Of a stretch of DNA of 64,000 nucleotides, positions 26,695-36,449 are shown one piece after another. The translations under genes were made by a program, and so were the position numbers. The notes under the pieces are model-generated. The model was not told the origin of the DNA. It saw nothing but the letters and a program-made list of their open reading frames with translations, and searched no databases. The stretch comes from a virus, in IMG/VR virus record IMGVR_UViG_3300044641_002513, positions 1 through 64,000 of that record; one strand, 5' to 3'. Position 1 is the first letter of the stretch. Every line of letters starts with the position of its first letter.

Positions 26695-26786
26695 TACTCT
26701 CACAAGGTTGCAATCCTTGAAGTATGTGACACATTTGGAATGTACCTAATCGAAAAGGTATTCACATTACCTGCTTGGATGAGAGT
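26695..26786 (-). ncRNA. tRNA-like element (7-bp acceptor-like stem plus 5-bp/7-nt T-like arm)
   Basis: ACUCUCA/UGAGAGU-A, CAAGG-AUUGCAA-CCUUG, stemless GG-containing D-like loop, branched central arm. Confidence 0.55.
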
Positions 26787-26864
26787 AATTAATTAAGCCA
26801 TAATATTATTAATATATATGGCTTGAGTATATAAGCAAAGAACCCTAAACGCAAAGCGGTGGTC

Positions 26865-27131
26865 TTAGACCACTGCTTTGAAGAACCCTAACTCGTTGGG
26901 TTTCACGAACTTAACTACACTTAAGTCAACTTTTGCAAGAGCTAACTGTGCTTGTTCGACTGTGATTCCTTGGTTAAGTATCATTGAGCCAAACTCGGTG
27001 ATAGTCTTAATGCCTGCGAAGTCAGCAGTACGCTTGAAACATACCATAGTTCTGGTTTCTTTGTCTCCAGTTGGTGCATTGTCAACCCAAACTGGAACTG
27101 TAATTTCGATAATTTTGTGAATTGTCATCAT
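26865..27131 (-). CDS. Hypothetical protein, first gene of the leftward block
   Basis: 88-aa ORF with an A-rich start context. Confidence 0.7.
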   Translation of the reverse strand: MMTIHKIIEITVPVWVDNAPTGDKETRTMVCFKRTADFAGIKTITEFGSMILNQGITVEQAQLALAKVDLSVVKFVKPNELGFFKAVV

Positions 27132-27198
27132 AGCTTTGTGTTTTAAAGTACGGGGTTCATTCCCCGTCCAAAAATAAGCGGGGGTCGTTGACAGTGCT

Positions 27199-27336
27199 AG
27201 TAACCACTTCTGTACGTTCTACAATAAAAAAATAATATAGTAACCACCTCTATACACTCTTAAATATTTTATATAAAAACAGTAACCACTTCTGTATTGT
27301 CTGGGGGTATAAAAAATATACTAACCACCTCTGCAT
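27199..27336 (+). repeat. Four ~17-bp iteron-like direct repeats at ~40-bp spacing
   Basis: A(G/C)TAACCAC(T/C)TCT(G/A)(T/C)A at 27199, 27239, 27281 and 27320, in the strand-switch region. Confidence 0.8.
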
Positions 27337-27424
27337 ACTCAAGGGGTATAAAAAAATAAAAAATAAAAAAAAAATAAATATACTGTATTACTAAATTTAT
27401 TTTATCTAATTTTGGCCTTGTATC

Positions 27425-27718
27425 CATACTCTATAACACTTAAATTATACAGTATGACCACCCTCAAGTTTTTACGTAGGGGTTAGAAGTTGGATTATAC
27501 TTAGTAACGATTAACATTACATATACTAAGTGGTTTTCTCCGATAGATACAAAAAAGGTTTTTATATAAGTAGATACACAGGATAACACATAGCGATTAG
27601 TGAGCTGGTGAATTAACACAAAAGGGTTATCCTCTGGTTTTATGGGTTTGCACTTGTATCTATGAAGTTAAAAATTAAAGACTCTAAGTCGGCCCAAGGT
27701 AGGGAAACCCTTATGCCT
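27425..27718 (+). ncRNA. Candidate ~300-nt structured non-coding RNA
   Basis: ORF-free with many nested stems, downstream of TAATTTTG (27407-27414); strand inferred from that element. Confidence 0.5.
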
Positions 27719-27901
27719 AATTTTTAATACACTCCTACACACTACAAAACAAGTCTTTAAATGTTGTTTGTTTATACGTATTATATAATACATACAAATA
27801 ACGTACTCCCAAAACTATGCCTCACCAACACTACTATTGATACGCTTATTATAAATATTTTATAATAACTATTATTTTATTGCTAGTTATTATAATATTA
27901 T

Positions 27902-27909
27902 TATATTTG
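27902..27909 (+). promoter_or_regulatory. Bacteroidota -7 promoter element
   Basis: TATATTTG 4 nt before ATG 27914. Confidence 0.65.
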
Positions 27910-27913
27910 CCTT

Positions 27914-28183
27914 ATGATTTTAGTTCATCTAGATACAAATGATAGTATATTACTACTATGTAATGACAAAAGCTTTCATGCTTTATACTACATTATTAAA
28001 CAGATGGACTTAGATACTAATATTTGGTATGCTGATAAGATTAATAAGACTACTATTGCTAATAAGTTAGAAATATCTCTAGCATCACTAGAGAAAATGA
28101 TAGCTTCGTTAAAGAGAAATAATCTTATTAGACCTACATCAAGAGGTGTTTATCAGCTTACAGAATTATTAAGAGACTACTGA
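27914..28183 (+). CDS. Winged-HTH DNA-binding protein
   Basis: IANKLEISLASLEKMIASLKRNNLIRPTSRGVYQL. Confidence 0.75.
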   Translation: MILVHLDTNDSILLLCNDKSFHALYYIIKQMDLDTNIWYADKINKTTIANKLEISLASLEKMIASLKRNNLIRPTSRGVYQLTELLRDY

Positions 28184-28374
28184 TGGTTATTGGAGAAATT
28201 AAATCAGTTCCACTAGAACAACTTCTAATTAAGGAACAAACGCTAAAACAAAAGTTTGGGTTTTATTGTAGACAGCGCAATAAGACCCTTACTTTTAGCT
28301 ACTCAGTAGCAACACACGGAGAATTATTATTTACTATTAAAGTTAAATTAAATGACAACAACAGAAAGAGTTAA
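28183..28374 (+). CDS. Hypothetical protein
   Basis: Coupled small ORF. Confidence 0.55.
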   Translation: MVIGEIKSVPLEQLLIKEQTLKQKFGFYCRQRNKTLTFSYSVATHGELLFTIKVKLNDNNRKS

Positions 28375-28759
28375 CTTATTAAAAGAAGTATTAGCAACTT
28401 CATTTATGTTAGCAACAGAAAAATCAACAGCAAGTGGTATTAGCTTTGCATATAAGTCTGAGTCTATAGAAGTACCTGCTACTAAAGACACACCTGAGTT
28501 TAAAGCATGGCACTTTGATATTATAGTTAAAGAGTTAGGTTATGGAGAACATACTATACAACAGTTTAGATTCCCTCGTCCTAATAATATAGATGCTAAA
28601 AATATGGAGTACCACGTATTAGTAGAAGTTATTGCTTCTCTAACACAGACTTCTTTACTTACTTATTACGAAGTAGGTAAGTTACTTAATACAGACAAAG
28701 AACTTCAAAAAGAAATTATCCATGAAGCAACAGAAAGTAATTTCACTTCCAACAAATGA
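28352..28759 (+). CDS. Hypothetical protein
   Basis: 135-aa ORF. Confidence 0.7.
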   Translation: MTTTERVNLLKEVLATSFMLATEKSTASGISFAYKSESIEVPATKDTPEFKAWHFDIIVKELGYGEHTIQQFRFPRPNNIDAKNMEYHVLVEVIASLTQTSLLTYYEVGKLLNTDKELQKEIIHEATESNFTSNK

Positions 28760-29294
28760 ATCTAAAATCTATAAACAAATTTTAGCATTTATGAATTTTC
28801 TACTAGACCTTACTCCTCAAGAGAGAGGTGTACTAGCAGAAATCATAAGATTAGATAATGAGTATAGTATGTTGCCTAAAGACAAACGTGCTAAATTTAT
28901 CCTATCGACTGAGATTCGTAAAGAGATTAGAGACAATGTTGATTTAAAAGAAAAGCAGTTTAATGTAGTACTGTCAAGACTAAAGACTAAGACTTTTTTT
29001 GGTAAGCTTATACTTGATGATAACAACTATATACATCCAGATTTATCTTTTAAACCTGATAGTGATGGATTCAAGTTTGAAGTTAACTTTGTAATGACTG
29101 CTGCTAAACCTAAAACTTTTACAGAGACACTAGGCCAAGAAATAGTTAACACACAAGCCCAAGCAGTAGAAGAATTTGTAATGTCTGGAACACCTGCTGA
29201 ACCACCTGCTGAATATAAACACGATGCTTCTAAAGCACTTGTTATAGAAGAAGAAGATTTTGGTATAGAAATATTACCTACTACTAATGATTAA
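28722..29294 (+). CDS. Hypothetical protein, possible HTH
   Basis: LTPQE..VLAEI...FN.VLSRLK pattern. Confidence 0.65.
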   Translation: MKQQKVISLPTNESKIYKQILAFMNFLLDLTPQERGVLAEIIRLDNEYSMLPKDKRAKFILSTEIRKEIRDNVDLKEKQFNVVLSRLKTKTFFGKLILDDNNYIHPDLSFKPDSDGFKFEVNFVMTAAKPKTFTETLGQEIVNTQAQAVEEFVMSGTPAEPPAEYKHDASKALVIEEEDFGIEILPTTND

Positions 29295-29544
29295 CCAACA
29301 GCAAGATAATATACTTAAAGAAACAGCTAAAGACTTTGGTATAACCCAAGGTCAAGCTGAAGAAATATTTAGATTATTTTGCAACAGAGTATCAGAAGAA
29401 ATAAGTTCTGATCATAAGACTGATGGATTATTTGACACTGCTAAGTTTAAAGTTATCCATATAGACAACTTTGGAAAGTTTATTCCCAATCAACGTAAAA
29501 TAAGACATGCTAACTTTTGCTTAACTAAAAAATTAAAACCTTAA
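29287..29544 (+). CDS. HU/IHF-like DNA-binding protein
   Basis: LKETAKDFGITQGQAEEIF...IHIDNFGKF. Confidence 0.7.
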   Translation: MINQQQDNILKETAKDFGITQGQAEEIFRLFCNRVSEEISSDHKTDGLFDTAKFKVIHIDNFGKFIPNQRKIRHANFCLTKKLKP

Positions 29545-29546
29545 CA

Positions 29547-29759
29547 ATGAATATTACACTTCCTATTTTCTCTACCAATACTACTATTGACACTAAGACA
29601 AAAGTAAATTGGGACCAAGAAGCTACTCACACAGTTACCTTCTATTCTATAGATGCTATATCTCCTTTTAAGGATACTAGCCACTCTATTATCTACTCAG
29701 GCGGTAAAGAGTTTATATGTAAATACTCTTACGAAACACTATGGGACAAATTAAAATAA
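29547..29759 (+). CDS. Hypothetical protein
   Basis: 70-aa ORF. Confidence 0.6.
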   Translation: MNITLPIFSTNTTIDTKTKVNWDQEATHTVTFYSIDAISPFKDTSHSIIYSGGKEFICKYSYETLWDKLK

Positions 29760-29760
29760 G

Positions 29761-30282
29761 ATGAAACCTCAACACGAGTTTAGTTTCTGGGATTTAAACA
29801 GAGAGTTGTTGCTTATAGAGCAATTTAACTCTTTGTACACAAAAGATACTACTAAGAATAAAGAAAAAAGTTCTAAGCTGATGTGGGCAATTTACTTTGC
29901 TTACAATCCTGAATCTAAGTTCTTTAACATTCCTGATAAACTTAGTATACTAGCTAAAGACTTGTTAAAAGAACCTAAGTTTAATTGGGAATCTTGTAAA
30001 GATGTAGTAGCTTTATACAAAAGTTCTGTATTAACTGATGCTGAACGAGCGTTAGTTACTTGGGGAGAAATTATAACAATGAGAGACGAGTCACTTAAAA
30101 CTTTATACAAAGCTGCTATTCAACAAAATGATACAGATGAGTTAGTTAAGTTAGACAAAATGCTAGCTAATACTCCTAAACTATTTGAAGACTACAAAAA
30201 GATTAAGAAAGATTACGAAGAAGAAAAAGTTACTAAAAAAGGTAAACACAATAAGTCTCTAACTGAGGCTGGAGAAATTTAA
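29761..30282 (+). CDS. Conserved-type protein upstream of TerL, possible terminase small subunit
   Basis: Position and helical character only. Confidence 0.5.
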   Translation: MKPQHEFSFWDLNRELLLIEQFNSLYTKDTTKNKEKSSKLMWAIYFAYNPESKFFNIPDKLSILAKDLLKEPKFNWESCKDVVALYKSSVLTDAERALVTWGEIITMRDESLKTLYKAAIQQNDTDELVKLDKMLANTPKLFEDYKKIKKDYEEEKVTKKGKHNKSLTEAGEI

Positions 30283-30293
30283 TACTTAAGACA

Positions 30294-30554
30294 ATGGATA
30301 GCATTTGGGAAAATAAATCAAAAATTCTAGAAGGTATTAAAAATACCGTAGCTAAAAATAAATTTGTAAAAGAAGTAGCTAAGGAAAGACATCTAATATG
30401 TCAAGGTTGTATACACTTGTCTACAGATTGTCCTCCTTTAGTTAAAGAATGTTGTGCTGAATGTGGTTGTTCTGTAAAATTTAAGACCCACAGCCTAGCT
30501 TCAAGTTGTCCTATTAATAAATGGCCTGCAATAGAAACAAATGATAATAAATAA
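30294..30554 (+). CDS. Small Cys-rich zinc-binding protein
   Basis: R..IC..C...CC..CGC..K....CP..KW. Confidence 0.7.
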   Translation: MDSIWENKSKILEGIKNTVAKNKFVKEVAKERHLICQGCIHLSTDCPPLVKECCAECGCSVKFKTHSLASSCPINKWPAIETNDNK

Positions 30555-32715
30555 CTCCAATTTCAGATTACCCGAGATACCTAACTTCCATCCAATACTA
30601 GAGTATTACGATAGAATTGGTTTTTGGAAAGACCAAAAAAGAAGATGTATAGAAGGATATTGGGTATCAGGTAAATGGATGCCTGGTCCTTTATATTACT
30701 ATATCAACTTTCACAACATACAATTTGAAGACGACTCTTCTGTATCTCAAGCTTTTGGTTTACCGTTTTTAAGAGATATAGATTGGGAATTGTTTCTACT
30801 ATACGAAGAATGTAGAGGTTTTTCAGGTTTTGCTGACGACACACAGTTTACTTGTGATAGAAAATATGGACCTGAAAAAGAACTTTCTATAAAACTAAAA
30901 AGGATTACTGAAGAAGAAACTAAAAAGTTTACTTATATAACTGCTAGAGAATATCTACGTAAAAATCACGGCAAATCTTTAGGAAAACCACTATACAAAA
31001 ACTCTGCTAAGCATTTTATGTCTATACAAGCCCGTGGTTCAGGTAAATCCTACTCCTCTTCAGGCATTGTTAATCATAACTTACTATTTGACGGAGCTAC
31101 AGACTACGATGACTACCTTACTAGAAGAAAAGCTAAACAATTCTTTGCATCAGACACAGTTGTAGGAGCAATTGACACTAAGTACACAGTGCCTTTACTT
31201 AAAAAATCCTCTACTGCACTAGAACTTTTAGCAGGAAGTTATAAATTAGGAGATGAGTTTTTTCCTGCACCACTAATGATTGATTATTCAGGGTCAATGG
31301 CTCCCAATAGAGACATTACAAGTATGTCTGGTTCAGTACTTAGACATAGAACCTTTAAAGATAACCCACTAGCAGCCAATGGTACTAGACCTAACTTAGT
31401 AGTGCTGGATGAGGTAGGTTTTATGTATAACATTAAAGAGTCTTGGGGAGCAGTAGAAGCAACACAAGCATCTAAACAAAAGAAAAACCTAGTAATCTGG
31501 GCATTAGGTACAGGAGGACTAGTATCAGGTAAAGCAGCATTGTATGCTGAATCTATATTTCGTAATCCGCAAGATTATAACTGTATAGACTTTGAAGATG
31601 TATGGGAACATAGAGGACAAATAGGTTATTTTGTACCTTATTCTAAAACTCTTAATGAGTTTAAGACTGGTGAAAACAAAATAACTGATGACTTGCTAGC
31701 TAATATGTATATTGAAAACAGACGTAAAGAAGCAAAGAAGTCACCTGATCCAACTGTATACCAAACAGAAATTATCAACGGTCCTATGTTGCCTTCAGAA
31801 GCTTTCCTTGTATTAGAAGGAGCTTTCTTTCCAACACTACTAATTAAAGAACAACTAGCTGAAGTTGAAGGAGGTAAATACAAAAAATACACAGATGCTT
31901 CTTTTAAAGGTAGACTAGTCTTTACACAAGACGGAGCAGTAGACTTTGAAACAATACAAGATGAGAAACCTATTAGAAAGTTCCCTTTAAACAAGAATGA
32001 TGACAAACGAGGGTGTGTAGAACTATGGGCTAAACCACAAAGAAATCCCGACGGTACTATCAACCGAGGAGTGTACATTGCAGGAATAGACGTTGTTGAT
32101 AAAGACAAGGCTACTACTGACTCACTACCTTGTATAGTAGTAATGAATAGATTCACTAGACAAATAGTAGCAGAATACACAGGACGTACAGGTGAAGCTA
32201 AAGATTTTTATGAAATCTGCCGTAAGTTGCTAATGTACTACAATGCTATGGGAATGTATGAAAAAAACCTTATTGGTTTATACAACTACTTTGACCAAAA
32301 CAAATGTACTTATCTCCTAGCAGAAACTCCTTACCAATTACGCTCAACTGATACTTATAAAGCAGGTACTAATACTTCTAAAGGTATTAATGCATCAGGT
32401 TCTATTAACTCTGAAGGACGTAATATGGTTAAGTCTTGGTTACAAGAAAGAATATCAACAGTATCAGAGACAAGAGTGTATGAAACTATTTATTCTCCAG
32501 CAATGCTAACAGAGTTAGTGATGTGGAATCCTGATGGTAACTTTGATAGAGTATCAGCACTAATAATGTTAATGTGGTTAGACAGTACTATGTATAAAGA
32601 AGTAACACAAAAAGTCGAACAGATAAAAACATTCTTAGATAATCCTTATTTTGAAAAAATGGGAGTACTAAAAAAGAAGCCAATAGAGACTTTTAATTCA
32701 AATTATTATTCATAG
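30541..32715 (+). CDS. terL: Terminase large subunit
   Basis: ARGSGKS, VLDEVG, GTGG, YIAGID, YEKN, NFDRVSAL. Confidence 0.93.
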   Translation: MIINNSNFRLPEIPNFHPILEYYDRIGFWKDQKRRCIEGYWVSGKWMPGPLYYYINFHNIQFEDDSSVSQAFGLPFLRDIDWELFLLYEECRGFSGFADDTQFTCDRKYGPEKELSIKLKRITEEETKKFTYITAREYLRKNHGKSLGKPLYKNSAKHFMSIQARGSGKSYSSSGIVNHNLLFDGATDYDDYLTRRKAKQFFASDTVVGAIDTKYTVPLLKKSSTALELLAGSYKLGDEFFPAPLMIDYSGSMAPNRDITSMSGSVLRHRTFKDNPLAANGTRPNLVVLDEVGFMYNIKESWGAVEATQASKQKKNLVIWALGTGGLVSGKAALYAESIFRNPQDYNCIDFEDVWEHRGQIGYFVPYSKTLNEFKTGENKITDDLLANMYIENRRKEAKKSPDPTVYQTEIINGPMLPSEAFLVLEGAFFPTLLIKEQLAEVEGGKYKKYTDASFKGRLVFTQDGAVDFETIQDEKPIRKFPLNKNDDKRGCVELWAKPQRNPDGTINRGVYIAGIDVVDKDKATTDSLPCIVVMNRFTRQIVAEYTGRTGEAKDFYEICRKLLMYYNAMGMYEKNLIGLYNYFDQNKCTYLLAETPYQLRSTDTYKAGTNTSKGINASGSINSEGRNMVKSWLQERISTVSETRVYETIYSPAMLTELVMWNPDGNFDRVSALIMLMWLDSTMYKEVTQKVEQIKTFLDNPYFEKMGVLKKKPIETFNSNYYS

Positions 32716-32741
32716 ATTTGTATTTTAAATAAAATTTTACT

Positions 32742-35186
32742 ATGAGCTCTCCTGTAAAAATCCAAGGTTATATCAGTTTTCCAAGACAAAAGTTATCTGA
32801 TGCAGAAAAAACAGACCACTGGTATAAAAAGAATATAGACTTTGCAGAGCATCTATTAACATCGGACGTTAATCTACGTTCTAACTTTAAAAATAAAAAA
32901 AGCAACTACAACTTAAGAGTTAACATCATCAGCTCTAAAGACTTTGAGAAGTTTATCAACCCTGATAACTTAGATTTAGAATCTTTACCTGCTTCTTTCC
33001 AACACATAGGAATAGAAAACAGTAAAATTAACTTGTTGTTAGGAGAATATGCTAAAAGAAAGAAAGACTTTAAAGCATACATATCATCTAACGATTCAGA
33101 AAGTATATCTCGTAAAGAACAAACTTTAACTGACACTATAAAAGCAGAACTAGATAACATCATACAGACTACTTCTATTAGTGATGAAGAAATACAAAAA
33201 AGATTACAACAACTAGAAAAATATAAAACTTACCAATTCCAAGATATTGCAGAGATTACTGCTAACAAAATTCTAAAGAAAGAATACAAAGAAGGAGATT
33301 TTGATTTTACTTTCTTAAGAACTTTTGAAGACTTGCTTACAGCAGGAGAAGAAATAATGTATTGTGGAGTATTAGGAGGCAACCCTGTAATGAGACGAGT
33401 TAATCCTATGAACTTATACACAATGGGCGGTAACTCAATGTATATCGAAGATGCCGACATTATTGTAGAATATGGTTATAGGTCAATAGGACAAATAATA
33501 GATGATTACTGGGACGTACTACGACCTGAAGACATTGACTTCTTAGAAAGAGGAAAAGTAGATGCATCATTAGGTTCAGGTGGTGGTATAGGATTAAACA
33601 GAGATATTTCTGTATACGATTACTACGGAGAACAAGGTGCTCTTAATATCTTTCATCCTAACGAAATGGGAGTACGTACATTTGCAGGTGCTTTTGATAC
33701 TTACGGTAACGTACGTGTGCTAAAAGTATGTTGGAGGTCTAGAAGAAAAATAGGTGAGCTTACTTACTTTGATGAAGACGGTAACGAACAAAAAGACTAT
33801 GTTCCTGAAGACTATAAAGTTAACAAAACATTAGGAGAATCTTTAAAATGGATATGGGTTAATGAGTGGATGGAAGGTACTAAGATAGCTGACCATGTAT
33901 ATACAGTAATGAGGCCTGTACCTTATGCTTCTAAATCCCTAGTTAACAAATCAAAAGGTACTCCACCTTATGTAGGTAGCGTAAACTCAACAAATGATTA
34001 CAAGGTTCAATCCTTAATGGATGTGATGAAACCGTTAGCTTATTCTTATGACATTGCTTATTACAAACGTGAATTAGCTATTGCTACCTACAAAGGTTCT
34101 TTTACAGCACTTAACAGTTCTTTAGTGCCATCAGGTTGGGACCCTAAAGAATGGATGAGATATGTAACTATCAATAAATTTGGTTGGTTAGACCCTACTA
34201 ATGAAATACTTAAAGGACCTTCTCAAGGTAAGTCAGCAGGAGCTTTCAATACACTTACAGCTCAACAAATACAAGTAGGTGACCCTAATGAAATAGGAAT
34301 GTATACTAACTTAATGTTAGATATAGAAAATACTCTAGGTAAAATAGCAGGTGTTACAGGTGCTAGAGAAGGGCAAATACAAAACAGAGAAGCCGTTAAT
34401 AATGTAGAACGTGAGGTAGCACAAACTTCTCACATTACAGAAAAATGGTTTGCAATAGATAACAACTTCCGCAAAAGAGTATTAACTAAGTTCTTAGAGT
34501 GTTGTAAATATGCTTATAAAACTAATCCTAAAAAAGGACAATACTTATTAGATGATATGGGGCAACAACTTATAACTCACTTCGACGAGTTTTGTGCTAC
34601 GGAGTATGATTTACACTTGTCTAATTCTTCTAATGACCAACAGTTGTTTAATGACCTTAAAGCATTATCTCAAGCAGCTATTCAAAACGGACAAGCTACT
34701 ATATCAGATTTAATTGCTATTAGCCAATCTGAATCTGTACAAGATGTTGCAAGAAAATTAGAAGACTCTGCTAGAAAAATTAGAGAAGAAAATCAGAAAA
34801 TACAACAACAACAATTAGCTCAACAAGACGAAGCTAATAAATTAATGATGCAAGACAAGCAAGCTCAACGAGAGTGGGAGATTAAAAAACACGACGATGA
34901 TATTGCAGTAGAAAGAGAAAGAATAGAATCTAATATACTTATTGCAAGTATAAAAGAAGAGAATAACAACTACAGAAACAGCACTAATATGGTAGACACT
35001 GATAACAATGGTGTGGGAGATTTATTAGACTTACGTCGCACTGAAGTTGATGAGAATTTTAAACAAGAACAGATTAACTTAAAGCAACAACAGTTAGAAG
35101 AAACAGTTAGAGCTAATAAAGCTAAAGAGGAACTACAGAAAAAATCTATTGCTGCTCAAGCTAACAGAGCTAATGGAGCAAAATAG
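32742..35186 (+). CDS. Portal protein
   Basis: FPRQKL...K...W N-terminus, 814 aa, coiled-coil tail, directly follows TerL. Confidence 0.9.
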   Translation: MSSPVKIQGYISFPRQKLSDAEKTDHWYKKNIDFAEHLLTSDVNLRSNFKNKKSNYNLRVNIISSKDFEKFINPDNLDLESLPASFQHIGIENSKINLLLGEYAKRKKDFKAYISSNDSESISRKEQTLTDTIKAELDNIIQTTSISDEEIQKRLQQLEKYKTYQFQDIAEITANKILKKEYKEGDFDFTFLRTFEDLLTAGEEIMYCGVLGGNPVMRRVNPMNLYTMGGNSMYIEDADIIVEYGYRSIGQIIDDYWDVLRPEDIDFLERGKVDASLGSGGGIGLNRDISVYDYYGEQGALNIFHPNEMGVRTFAGAFDTYGNVRVLKVCWRSRRKIGELTYFDEDGNEQKDYVPEDYKVNKTLGESLKWIWVNEWMEGTKIADHVYTVMRPVPYASKSLVNKSKGTPPYVGSVNSTNDYKVQSLMDVMKPLAYSYDIAYYKRELAIATYKGSFTALNSSLVPSGWDPKEWMRYVTINKFGWLDPTNEILKGPSQGKSAGAFNTLTAQQIQVGDPNEIGMYTNLMLDIENTLGKIAGVTGAREGQIQNREAVNNVEREVAQTSHITEKWFAIDNNFRKRVLTKFLECCKYAYKTNPKKGQYLLDDMGQQLITHFDEFCATEYDLHLSNSSNDQQLFNDLKALSQAAIQNGQATISDLIAISQSESVQDVARKLEDSARKIREENQKIQQQQLAQQDEANKLMMQDKQAQREWEIKKHDDDIAVERERIESNILIASIKEENNNYRNSTNMVDTDNNGVGDLLDLRRTEVDENFKQEQINLKQQQLEETVRANKAKEELQKKSIAAQANRANGAK

Positions 35187-35274
35187 AGCTATAGAACTAT
35201 AAGAGTTTTATAACAATTAATATACCCTATGTATAAAAATAATTTTAATATTGTAACCAATTAAGACAGCAAAT

Positions 35275-36414
35275 ATGAGTACAGAGAATGAAGAGTTATT
35301 TGAAGGACTTCAAATAATGACTCCCTCAGAATTAAATTCAGCAGTAGCTGAATCTAATAAAGAAGAAACTGGAGAAGAAGAAATTGAAGTAGATAACCTA
35401 CAGGAAGTAATAACTCCTGTAGAGAAAACTACTAAACAGAGTAACACTGAATCCTCAGTAGATACTGCTAGTAAAACAGAAGCAGTCTACAAAGGATTAA
35501 TGAAAGAACTTGTTAACGCAGGTATTTTAACAGCAGAAGATGTTGAAAAACTAGATGAGTTGCCAGGTACTTTAGATTCGATTAAATCGTTAGTCGATAA
35601 AACAGTAAAAACTAATTTTAAAAAGGCAGAAGAGAATTGGAAAAAAAGTATGCCAAGTGTTAAGAAACGATTTTTAGAAATCGAAGACGCATTTGACGAA
35701 ACTGACCAAGCTATCTTAATGGCCCAAAGATTAGAGTTCTTTGATAGTATTGATAATGATGCTTTAGAAAAAGATGTAACCTTGCAAAAACAAGTTTACT
35801 TTGACTTATTAAAGTCTAAAAACTTTTCTGACCAAGATGCAATGGAGGCAATAGAAGATGCAGAGTCTGTAGGTAAGCTAGCAGATAAAGCTCTAAAAGC
35901 TATTCCTGAATTAAAAAACCAAGCTCAAGGTTATGTAAAAGAAGCTAAGGCTTTTAAAGAAGAAAGAACTAAAGCAGAGATTGAAGCTCAAAACAAAGCG
36001 TTTGAAAATTTAATCTCAAACATAGAATCTAGAGATGCTTTTATTGATGGGTTAAGCCTAAATAAAGTAGCAAAGGATAGATTAAAAGGTAATATCTTAA
36101 ACCCTGTTTTTAAAGATGATGCAGGCCAAGAGTATAACAGTTTAATGTATAAACAAAAAAGAAACCCAGTAGAGTTTGAAATGCTAATCAACTACTACGA
36201 TACAATTGGGTTATTTAACTTAGATAAGCAAGGTAAGTTTAAACCTGATATTTCTAAATTAAAAAATGTAGCAAAAACAGCTGCGGTAAATGAGTTAGAC
36301 AAAATCATTTCCTCAGAAGAACAAAGAGGCGTAGGACGTAATACATCAGTAGAAACATCACAGAAAACTGAAGGATTACTAAGTATGCTAGAAAGTGCTT
36401 TTACTAAAAAATAA
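35275..36414 (+). CDS. Putative capsid scaffolding protein
   Basis: Acidic N-terminus, helical, lies between portal and MCP. Confidence 0.65.
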   Translation: MSTENEELFEGLQIMTPSELNSAVAESNKEETGEEEIEVDNLQEVITPVEKTTKQSNTESSVDTASKTEAVYKGLMKELVNAGILTAEDVEKLDELPGTLDSIKSLVDKTVKTNFKKAEENWKKSMPSVKKRFLEIEDAFDETDQAILMAQRLEFFDSIDNDALEKDVTLQKQVYFDLLKSKNFSDQDAMEAIEDAESVGKLADKALKAIPELKNQAQGYVKEAKAFKEERTKAEIEAQNKAFENLISNIESRDAFIDGLSLNKVAKDRLKGNILNPVFKDDAGQEYNSLMYKQKRNPVEFEMLINYYDTIGLFNLDKQGKFKPDISKLKNVAKTAAVNELDKIISSEEQRGVGRNTSVETSQKTEGLLSMLESAFTKK

Positions 36415-36449
36415 TAAATATATACCGTTAACAATTTAAAAAAAACAAA

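Noticed and set aside
27199-27336. Mini CRISPR array
   Set aside because: Repeats are only ~17 bp, degenerate and non-palindromic; spacers are low-complexity and partly similar to each other; no cas genes
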